28,997 nt of DNA from an uncultured Christensenella sp. (lineage in GTDB: Bacteria > Bacillota > Clostridia > Christensenellales > UBA1242): contig CAYJCT010000001.1 in NCBI GenBank assembly GCA_964368745.1, forward strand, positions 1-28,997, in the 5' to 3' direction. Below the pieces are notes generated by a model. The model was not told the DNA's origin and did not search any database. It was given only the letters and a program-made list of their open reading frames with translations. Positions 13,001-25,000 of the stretch are shown piece by piece (position 1 is the stretch's first letter; each line of letters begins with the position of its first letter). The position numbers and the translations under genes are program-made.

Positions 13001-16000
13001 GGTTGAGGTGATAGTTTCATCTGCAATTGTGGTTTGCATGGTTGCCACAGATGTGCTAACACCACTTTCCGCAAAAGCCAACACCATGTCATCTGCCAAC
13101 CTAACGGAAGTAAACTCAGCAATCTTTGCCGCAGCATATCTAATTGGGTCGTTACCCTCATAAGTGCCGTCGCGAAGTTCCTCCAAAATTTTGTATGCAG
13201 CGTCCACTCCCATTTGCTTATAAAGCGTTTCAAGCACATTAAAAATACTGTCGCCCGTGTTAAGCGGCTGAATAAAGTTTGCATATTTCACCGACATATT
13301 TTTTAGGTTTGCACTAACTAATTGAGGCGCGCCCACTATATAGTCGGAATGTCTGAAATAACTGTTTGCCACCTGTTGTTGCAAAGGACTGGTTACGGAA
13401 GACATAAACCAAACACTTTGCGTTAAAAGTGTGGAATTTATTTCATAATCGGAATTAAACGCAAATGTGCCAAATGTGGAATACTGCCCAAATTGCACAG
13501 CGTTTACCGTTGATATTTCCTCGCCCGATTTGTCTGTTAAAAAGTCGAGATAGTCATTACTCACCACAAGTTCACGCTCTTCACCCTCTCCAATTCCTAG
13601 AAGTATTTTTCCAAATTCTTCTTCTAGTTCTTCATTGCTGTAGGAAGAAAATATAATTGTGTAGTCGTTTTCATCCACCTTTAAATAGAAACTGTTTTCA
13701 ATTGAACCCTCGCCTTGACTGCTGTTTGCCAAGAATGCAGATGAGTATTCCAATTCTTTTGGAATGGAACTCATGGTGTAGGTGTTGGAAATTTTGCCCG
13801 TGTTAAAATAAGCAAACCCTGCGTTGTAGTCGCCGTTTACCAAAATGTTGGTGTAGGAGTTTGCGATTGTGCCTTTGTTGTCATAAACAAAGCCGGTTGC
13901 CGACAAGTCGGAAGTAATAACCGAACCGAACCTGCGCGCGTTTATAATATCGGAGCCAATTGTGTAGTTGTAGCCAATAAAACCTTGTAAAATTTCATCA
14001 CTCAATCCCGTTGTCGATTCGCGAGTGTGTGCGTCGTCGAAGGTATGAACGCGACCCAACACATAACTCAAATTGATTTCGCCACCCAAATTGTTAAATG
14101 CAACCAGACCTGCCGTTGCAGTGGCTGCAAGAGACATCGACCTGAAATTTACCACATTGCCGTCTTTAAAATAACTGGAACTAATTTTGCCGTTATTTTC
14201 GCCCACAAAACCTGCCACATATGAGAGACCCTGCACGGTTATGTTTTCCACATTACTGTTAGTGATGTAGCCGTCGTTTAATCCCACCAGTCCTGCAATG
14301 CGCACATCAGTTATGTTTGCGTCAGCGCTGGAAACGGAAACTCCAAATGAGGTTAGCGTTCTGTTGGCGTCGGATAGGCGCGTGGAGTTTTTGATGTAGG
14401 TTTCATAGTACATTTCTTTTCGGTCTTCATACTCTGCCTGATTTATTTTACTTAAGTTATAGTAAAGCAAATCATCGCGCTCTGTTCGATATCTGTCAGC
14501 ATTATTTACCACAATTGCGTTTGTGATAACGCCACGATTTATGCCCGCTATCACGCCCGCACGCACGCCCTGCAAACTGCCAAGCACAACTTCCACATCG
14601 GCGCTTGTGCGCAATATTTCTCCATTTGCATCAAGCGCTTGTTCTCTTAACACATTTTCATGCGGAACCAATTCCACAATAATATTTTTTAATGTAGTCT
14701 GCTCAGCAACCTCGCCAAATAGCCCCACATTTTTTGTGGTAGAACTAGCGGAAAAATCGTCAAAACTTTTAATTCTAATCACATAGCCGTTGCCGTCAAA
14801 ACTTGCAATTGGTGTGTTTATTGGCGTGTGATATTCAAGTTCAATGTCGGCAAGCAAAATATAGTGCGTGTCAGCACTCATGCTCAAAAACTCTTCCTTT
14901 GTGTAGATGGGGCGCGGATTATGCTCGTCGGAATATTGATAGAAATTAAACCCAAACTCGGTGGTTTTTAAGTATGTGAAATCACTCTCGTGGTAAGAAG
15001 CCTCACTGGATATGTAAACTCCTGTTCCGCTATCACTTTCGCCATAAGAAATTATGGTTTGCGCCATAATGCGATCGGACGCATTTAGCAAATTATTTCT
15101 CAGCGTTAGCACTGCATAGTTGTGTCGAACAAGTTGATCATTTTCATTTTCTATAAAATAATTTTTGCCGTTCGCTATCACAAAACTGTTATAGGTTTTG
15201 TTTTTAGAAAGGTTGGAATAAAGGTTACCACTTTTTAAATACCATGTGCCTGTTTTGTAACTTTCCTCCCCTATTTCCACATCGCCAAAAATCATAGAAA
15301 TGTCGTGGTTTTGCCCGTACTCTCCATATAGCCCCAGCGACGAAATTTTTGCTTCCATCTGCCTTATTTCTTTTTGAATGCTCTCCACTTGAGCAGATGT
15401 CACATACATCAAGTCTGTGGAATAAGTTGCGTTAATTTTTATTAGCAGTGGATATTCCTGATTGAAATTTCCCACCATGTTTCCGTCCACCACATTTTCC
15501 ACCGCAATGCTGTCCACAATAAACATCGCCGGCCTAAACACAATGGACTTTGTGGTTTCGTATTTCCTGCCCAAAATGGTGCGGTAAACAGTGAGTGTTA
15601 TGCTAAAATCTTTACCTATTATATCCTCGTTATATTTCAATATAAAAGAATACTGTGAGTTTCGCCCGTCCACACCCACTCTTTTTATGTTGTTAAATAC
15701 ATTGTCTCCCGACTGCGTCGCCAAATAGTCGTTGCTGCCCGTTGCAATAACGCCGTTCACATCAGATAGCACAAAGTTTCCGTCAATAATGCCATCGGTT
15801 TCCACATCAAAAACTACTTCTGTTCCCATAGCAACAGGAGCATAAGTTAGCCCTTTGTACGACATGTTTAGTCTTGGAGTAAGAGCCGGCACAATTGTTA
15901 GGGTAGATGAATGCACCACTCCAAAAGATGACCACCTGATTATCAACACAAAGTTTTGTTGGTTTTCGTAAAAAGTTGGCAACAATGTTTTAATATAAAA

Positions 16001-19000
16001 ATTTCCGTTAAAGGCATGCTGTGTTTGCCCCGACATCTGATAATCTAAACTAATACGCGACAGCCTAATTCCTCTGCCGTTTGCAAGAGGTGTGGACAAC
16101 TGACTGATGCTGGTATAACTGCCTGCAAAAATCAAGTTGCTGTGCACACTGACATCGGAATATGTGAAATAGTTTGCCACCAGTTGTTCCAGCCCGATAG
16201 CAACACTTCCGTTTGGCACCGACTCCACTTCCAGCCAGTCAATCTGACCATACTCAGGATAAAGGTTTATGTTTAGCAACCCCGGGTATCCCACCACCAA
16301 TGTGTCGGAAATAAACGACTGACCCACGGTGTAGACAGTGTTCACTTTTCCCTCTCCCACATCGTAGGTTTGCATCATCACATCGGAGTAGTGTTTGGTG
16401 TAAATTCTCTCCAATCCCTGCGGCGTAATTTTTAGGTTAAAGGTGGCGCTCACAATTTTGTTTTCATTGCTAACCACATAAAAATCAAGCGCAATATTGT
16501 TGACCTCGTTCATGTCAAAAAGACTGTCTTCCTGCACATTGATTTTGAAATAATATTTTTTGAACTTAAGTGTGTGGCTTCCATTGTTATTTGCAGGATC
16601 AAACTCCACATCCTCATCGCTGAAATACAGCACGCGTTCTAATTTGATTTGATATTTTCCAAATGTATAATAGTTGTTGAAGTTAGCACTATCATCACTT
16701 ATTTCGTACATAAAAATCGGGTTGCCGTCCGCGTCTAACTTTTGTACCTCCACATTGTTTAAGCCAAGCAATTTATAACTGCCATCCCCTCCTTCAATTG
16801 CAAAATAGTTTCCGTCTTTAATGGTTAAATAAAGTTTTGCAGTTGCATCGTCCGTTAGCACCGTTGCCACCACTTCGCCGTCTATTAACGGTGTGGTTTC
16901 TTGATTTTCAAAATTGGTGGTCACATTGTAGGTGCCGTTTACCACGCGCACATTCATCACTTTTCCAAGACCAGTTATGTAGCCGTTTGCGGTTTCCAAT
17001 TTAATCATATAACCGTCATCACCGTCTGACACCACATTTTGAAACAACGCCTTTTGATTGATGTTGTTGCCATAAACAAACGGCACTGCCACCAACCTCG
17101 ACATTTCATCCTGAGCCTCGTTGCCCTGAACATAGATGTCGCTAATAGTCGCTATGTCCATAAAAATCAAATACTGTCCGTTTGGTTCCACAGAATATGT
17201 AAATGATTTGCTGTTTATCTGAAACTTGCTGTGAATGGCAGAGGTGTTATCGTGATAAATTCCGCCGCTATCGTTCATCAGATAGAAACGCACGCCTAAG
17301 TTAAAATTGGTGGATTTTGCAAGCGCAATGTTTGCATAAGTTCCTGCAATGGTGTTAATAGAAAAACTGCCAGAAACATCCAGCCTAATTTTTTCACTGC
17401 TACCTTTAACAACCTGAAGCACACTATCTTGTCCCAGTTCTGTCAACTCATCCTGCCCGTTCTGAATGAAACTTCTGTTAATGGAAAAATTGTTAAAATT
17501 ACTTCTCACATTAAAAGTGATTTCCACTTTTAAGTCGGGATTAAACAAAGATGAAATAGTCATAACCGCAGTTCCTGTGGACTTCACTAGCACATTCGTC
17601 TCGCCCCTGTCCGACACAAACTCTATGATACCAGAATTGGTGGAAATGTTTAGTTTGCTATTTTTCAGATAAGGCGGAATCACCACAAGATTTAAGATGT
17701 CGGAAAGTTTGTAGGTGTTTGCCGCGGCAATCTTTTGGTCCAGCACCGCAGAATATGTGCGCTCGGTGTTAGAAATTGCTTTGTTGTTGTCAAAGTCATA
17801 AAAAGCACCAATCTTATTCAACTTGCTATCTACTTGTGAATAAGAGAGCGACACTACATCGTCAAGATAAGTTATGGTGTTGTTTGCAAAAACTTGTTCC
17901 TGCCAAACCAACAAGTTGTCATAATTACCCGTAACCTGAACATCGGACGGAGGCAGATCCACAATCAATTCCAAACTATCTACACTCGGATTGTTGCCAA
18001 ATGCAATTGGCATACCGTCGTTCACTAATTCATTATAATATTGGTCGAAGTTTTTGATGTCGTAGTCTTCAACCGCCTCTATTGGCACAAACACAACTTC
18101 ACTTGTTGCAACATTGATTAATTTATAGTGAGTAAGCACACCCGTGATACCACCCAGTTCGTTGTAGCGATTATAATCGGTCAGCAAATAATCGCCCGCA
18201 ATCTCGCCCTCAAGCGTAATTATTCCTAAAAATCCGTTGTCCTGCATTTCCTCAACGGTGTACATATTAAATATGAAATTTCCACTCCACTCACTGGTTT
18301 TTTCGTAGTAGTTGTTAATGCTGTCGTAGTGAGAGGCGTTGGAGTTATAATAACTCACTTCCACAGGGCTAAGGGAATATCTTTGCAACTCATCATTAAG
18401 CAAATAGTTAAAATCCCTCTCGGTTATAAGCAACATTATATTGCCACCCACCACATAGCGATAGTATGGCACATTGCCCTCTAAAAAGTCTCCGCCCTCG
18501 AAGTTACATATTTCAAAATTCGAAAGATAAGGAGAAAGTATTGCATCATCAAAATACTGATACTGGGCATTTAGCAAGTTATATATTTTAATAAAGATTC
18601 CGTCTTCATTTTCTTCATAGTAAAAAGCCTGCGTAGTAAGTTTTTTTGCTCCTTCTTCTGTGAATGTATATTTTGTGGTTTTCACAAAGTTTCCGTTTAT
18701 CTTTGCCGAAAAATATGTTTGATAACCAATGTAGAAACTGTTTGCCGAAAGCAGCGTGCTAGTCTCAAACTCATAGCCACTCGAAACCACCGTTTCGTCT
18801 TCTAACAATATAAAACTAGCGCGACCGTTAATAAAGTCATATTCGGATTTTTCATAAAATTTACTTTCATCTTGCCACACAAATTTCGTAGGCACACCCT
18901 CGTGTGTGCCTCTATACGACACATCAATTTTAACCAACCTGTCTTCATCCAAGTTTTCGTGACTGCGTTGAAAATATTGAATAATATAATTAATTTTGTT

Positions 19001-22000
19001 GTACTCTTCAATCAAATTTCTAAGCAGTTCATATTCGTTAAAACCATCACCATCAATAGTGTAATTAACTTCTTCTTGCAATTCGTGGTTGTCATCGTAT
19101 TTTATGACTCCCGCAAAACTATTAATTTTTTCAATCATGTACTCAAGATAAGTCGTGGTCTCATCCACATACTGTCCGTATGAATAGTTTTGAATACCAC
19201 TTGCTTCGCCGTATGTAAGTTCATTAAAGCGGAGACGGATTTGGTTTGCCTGCGACACAAAATAGTTGGTGAATATATTGTTCACATAATTCACCCACTC
19301 CTTGTTGTTAATAAATTCTTTGTCGATTGTTTGACTGCCCGAAATTCTCACAAATTTTTCATAAGTAGCATCGTGAAACTGAGCAGGAGTGTAAATATTA
19401 AAAGGCAGCGCCATCAGCCAATCCACTAAAGCATCTGTATTGAAATCAGCAGAAAACTCAAAAACTTCCACCCTTCCAGTGTCTTGATCTGGCTCATCAA
19501 AATGTGTTTTAAACACATTCACATATTCCAGCAACTGCGAAATAGCATAGTTTTCATACACATTTTCCACCATGGCATCAGCAAGCAAATACATTTGGTT
19601 TTCAGTTAGATTATTTGTGCTTATTTTATCTGCAAAATCACTGTCCAGCAAATCGTGTTCGTTTACAATTGCTATGAATAGTTGCATGTCGATGCTGCCG
19701 TCATCCAAAATGGCCACAACTATATCTTCAATGTCTATGTGCTCAAAATCTTCTAAAAAGTAATCGTAATCGTTGTCGTCAATGGAATCCAACATTGATG
19801 CGTCGGTTAGCAAATTGTATGATTGCACCAACTTTGCAAGCAGATAATTTTTATATATAACGCTTGCCACTTCCACAAATGAAGAGGTATCATAATCATT
19901 ATTCTCAATTAAAATACTACTTGCGCTGTCGCCATAAAACGCTAACAAAAATGTATTGTTTTTGATAGCATTCAACAACTCCACACTCGTTGCTCCATTT
20001 AGCGATCCTTTTTCTTCTGACTGCAGCATGTTTGTCAACTTATCTTTTGCCGAGATAAACATTGCATTTATAAAATTGTTTTGCATACTCTCCAGCGTGA
20101 TAGAGGCATAATACAATCTTTGGTAATAAGAACCCACAACCTGTCCAGTGCTTCGCCATCCATACGCATTTGTGTTAATCCATAGCACCGTATCGGCAAA
20201 AGTCACGATTGATGTAGACTCACTTACAGCCAACACCTTGTCAAACTTTTTCGCGTTTTCCACGACTTTTGCTTCCACATCCGCAAAATATTCCACATAC
20301 AAATTGTTGATAATTCCAATTAGGGCTTCATAGTTATCATAGAACTCGTCGTCTTCTTCCACTTCAATTTTTTTACTAAAATTGTTGTTAATATCTGCTA
20401 CCACATCGCGATATTTTTGGTTGATAACTGAAATGTCGCTTTCTCTGACTTGCAATCTGTCTATTTTATTGTCATCTTCTAGCAACAAATTCACTTTGTC
20501 AATCAATACATTTAACTGTTGCGAAAGCATGATGTTGTAAATCACATTGTTGAAGGTGTCGGTCAACATTGCAATTGCCAACTCATCTCCAATGTACTCG
20601 TCCTCTTCCATTAAATTAAGTTCGTATCCGCTTTCCAAAAAAATGTATTGCGCAATCAATTGCGGAATGATACCTTCATAATCGGGCGCCACTGAGTAGG
20701 TTTTTCCTGAAAAAGCATTTAGATAATCAAGCATACTTAAGTATATTTCACTTTTATCCATATACTCAAAATTGCCAAAGTCTCTGTAGGTTTCAAGCAA
20801 ATCAAAAGCCACTAACTCGCTGTAAGACAAAAACTTACTCAACTGAATGTTGTTAATATAATTCCTGTCAATTATGGCTGCAAACAACTTTAGATTGTAA
20901 TCAGAAAAGTTAATCGACTGCAGCACGGTTTTTTCTAAGTATTCAACATGTTCGTAACTTCTCACCCCAAAAACATCTATGTAACCAAGGTTATTTAGCG
21001 CCGCCACCAAATCGCCCAACTCTACCAGTTTAGAGTTTTTGACTTCCAAAATTTCAACATACTCAATTTCGTTAGTGTAGATGTTAGAAACAATGTCGCT
21101 GCCAAAAACATAGAAGTTGTTCACATATTCGCTTGGGTCGTTGGTTTGCATATTTAGTTTTAGCAAAGTGTATGAAGTTTGCAAGTTATAAAAATCAAAC
21201 AGATTTCCGTCGCTGTCGATAAAGTTTACCAAATTTTTCTTTTCGATTTCCCACGAAAAGATGATGTCGGCAAGGCTCACATTTTCCGCGTCAGTCACGC
21301 CCACATACGACAGTTTATAGTCTATGTTTGTGATGTCGCCAAAGAAACCACCCACGCGCTGGTTGATAGAGTTAGATAAATAAACAATCGGCTCTTCCGT
21401 TTGGTAATAAACAACATTGCCAAACACCGCCGCGTTGTTAACTAAAATGGAACCCGAAAGCGTTCCCACTTCCAGTATGCCACCAAAAATTCCACCAATA
21501 AAAATCCCTTCTTCCTCAACTGTATCAAGAGTGCTGATTGCATTTTGATTTATGTTGATTTTAATGTACGCGTCTGATATAAGGGCGTTGTTGACTGCCC
21601 CGAAATAGCCGCCTGCAAACTGTTGGTTGGTTTGTTTTGCAATAAACACAATGTCTCCAAAATATTGATGAGAAGACGAAAAGTTGTGCGCCACTGTTTT
21701 ATTTTTATTGTCTTTGCTGATTTCGCGGTTGAAATAAGAATAAACCGAGTTTTTATAAAGTTTGGATGCAAATCTATTAGAGTTATTCTCACCGCCCGTT
21801 TCCACGGTATAGTCCGTAAAATTAACGCCCGCAATTCCACCCAAATAGTTTTCGCCTGCAATTGCTGTGTTTAGATAACTGGCAGTATACTTGCCGTCCA
21901 TCATCTGCACCTTATTGCCCTCCAGCACATTTAGTGGCGCAGAAGAAGGCATCTGCGACAAAGCAAATTGCGTCAAGTCAGAAAAATATCTACTCTCGAT

Positions 22001-25000
22001 GTTTGCGCCCGCAATTCCGCCCAAATAGTTTCTACCCACAATGGTGGGGTTAGAAATTGAGTTTGTGATGCGCGCCATATTTATGCCCGCAATTCCACCC
22101 GCAAAGTTGTTTGCAAAAATAACTGACTTTGCGGTTACATTATTAATGGAACCTAAGTTTATGCCCACCACGCCGCCGATAACATACTTGTCGCCAATAA
22201 CGCTCATGTCTTTGGTTTGCAAAAATGATGCATTAATTATTGCACTAACCGACATGTTTGACATACTGCTAGAAATTTGTGATGGCAAATTAGAGTACCA
22301 AATATTTGCAAAATTTTCGTATTTTTCTTTTAATGCTTCGGATGTAGACTGCTCTACAAGTAGCCCCACAAGTCCGCCCACAACTAGTTTAGTGTCGCTT
22401 AACTCGTCAATAGTGTCAATGGCAATGGATGCAAAACTGTCGGCAAGAATACCGTCTTTTTGATAACCCACAAGTCCGCCGATAAACCCGAAAATATTGG
22501 CTGAAGAATTCCCCGAAAAAATCAGCCCCCTGCTCTTTAATGCAATGTCATTAATTTTTGCGCCATCGTAGCCCGCGATGCTATTACCGTCGTCCACCGA
22601 GCAGTTTAGTATCTCACTATTTTCTGCCCTGCCTGCAAGTGCGCCCATAAACACGCCATACTGTGTGGACGCATTCACTGTTAGATAGGCATTAGCGCTG
22701 ACGGAGACATAAACATTTTTTAGTTTTATGTTATACAACTTTGCTCCCACAACATTTGCAAAAAGTCCGCCATAGTAATTAAAAGTATCCGTCTCCATAT
22801 TTGTGCGAGTGATTAAGTTATGAATACTATATTGCACAATGTCTCCATTTGGAAAAGTAAATCTGCCGTCGTATGTTCCCGTGAAGGCATTTTCCTCGCT
22901 TCCAATTGGCGCAAAGTTTTCCGGCAAATAAATATTTGCCGTTTGCACATAGTTGGAAGACAGTGCGTCGTTCACCCTAAGCAAATCTTGATAGGTGGCA
23001 ACCTCGTATTTCACACCGATGCCGTCCGCCACGCGCACTGTAATAACTTCCACAACCCTATAACTGTTTTGATTAACATGACTGCGACTATCCACAGAAT
23101 AAAGATAAATAGAATACTCCGGCAGTTCATAAGGTGCCACTATCAGTTCATTTATTCGCACGGTTACCGTTTTATTTATATTGTCTACAATCGCGCTCAC
23201 ATTTGCGGTGGCGCTAGGCACGGCAATGATGTTGTCGTTGTGCACTCCTGCAGGATTAATTGAAAACGCAAAAGTCTTTTCGTTTTCTGATTTGTCGGTA
23301 TCAAACACCAATTTTTCGTCCAGAACATTTTGATAAACCATGTCGCGAATATCAAAAGTCATGGTGTTGTATGCAAGGTCGGCGCTTATGCTCTCCACTC
23401 GCTTTGCATCCACCACCGAAAAACTCACGCGGTCGGAATAAGTGTTGCTAATTGATTGTCCAAAAAAGTTATTAAACTGCTGCACTGCAAACCCTTCCAC
23501 ATAAAAGTCAAAAGACATTTCTGCGTTAATGTCGTCTTTAATGCTGTTTGTTTCCGCCCAAACCAACAATCTTTTACTGTCGCCACTCATCTCCCAACAA
23601 ATTTTGTGACTCCAGTTATAATCCTCATCTTTCCATTCTCCTTTGGTAATGCTCTCGCCTTGGGCATTTTTCTGGGGTATAGTAATCGATCTGGAACCGT
23701 AGTAAATTTTCCAATAAATTGTAGACGCAGCAAAAGTCTGAGAAATAGTCGGCAATATTTCCATGGAAATTTCTGCTTTGCCGTTTAAATCAAAGTCCGA
23801 CGGATTCACTCCGTCGCTGTAAATGTTAAGTGTATTTTTTGAATATATGTTGTTTGTTTTTGGTGTCAGCCTAATGTGCGACACAGGCTCCACCACAATC
23901 ACCACAAACTCAAACTCCAGCGTGTGCTGCTCGGTGCTGCTCACTCTGCTGGTTAGTACCACTGAAATGATTACTCTCCCGTCCTGCCTTGTAGAAATGT
24001 TTTTAGCGCTAAGAGTGTTGGTTTGAGAATCAAACGAAACGCTATTGCTCTCACTTGACCTAATCGAGAGGCTTAGCCCATTTGGCAAAATTTCATATTT
24101 AGTTGGTGTAGCGTTGTCGCCAAACAACACATTTATTACAATGGTTTGATTATCGCCCCGTTGCGCAGTGAAAGGCTGTTCCACGCGGTCCACGCCCACG
24201 GCGTCTTTCGACACAATTTTACTGTCGCACACATGGTTTTTAAAAGTCAGCCAAACGCTCTCGCCCGTTATATTAATATAAACCTGCACATAAATCGTAA
24301 GCACATATCCGTTAGGCGCCACAACTTCAATGCGGCTTCTGCCCACTTGATCGAGACGCGTGGAAATATTGATCCCTGTAACCAATCCATTTTCATTACT
24401 AATTAAAGAGATGGTTTCATTGCTGATAACATCCGCGCCTTCCAGTGTTGTGACCCTAACCGTGAAACTCTCGTGTGTTAAATTACTATAGTCTCCCGAT
24501 TCGCCTAACCAACTCGCTGCAATTCCTTTTTCCTTAAAGTCATACACCAAAGTATCATTCACGGACATAAACACCTTGTCGTCAATGGCGTCGCCCGAAG
24601 AACTCCATTTAACTTCGCCCAGTACGCCAATCAAGTCCACCTCAGCCAAAACTTCATCGTTTATTGCCGATGTCACAACAAGTTTGGTGCCCTCGTTAAT
24701 TTCCACCTCATTATTTTGTTTTCGCAGCAAAAACCTATGCGGATTAAGCGTGTTGTCCACCACCATCATTGGCGATGTTATTACATTTCCCCAAGTGTCG
24801 GAAATTAGAATGTTGCTGAGTTTTTCGCCCTCGGCGTCCACCACAGCAAATTCCACCTTTTGGTTGTATAGCGTGCCGTGCGTTCCAAACACCTGCACAT
24901 AAAAAGGTGTGCCTAGTTGGTTGGTGCTATAGTTGGCAAACAACACCAAGTTCTCTGCCAACAACCCGCTGTTTTCCACATTATAGTAAGAGTTCTCATT

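Noticed and set aside
24152-24160. RGD integrin-binding motif in the giant protein
   Set aside because: About one RGD is expected by chance in 8,000+ residues of this composition, and there is no evidence it is exposed.
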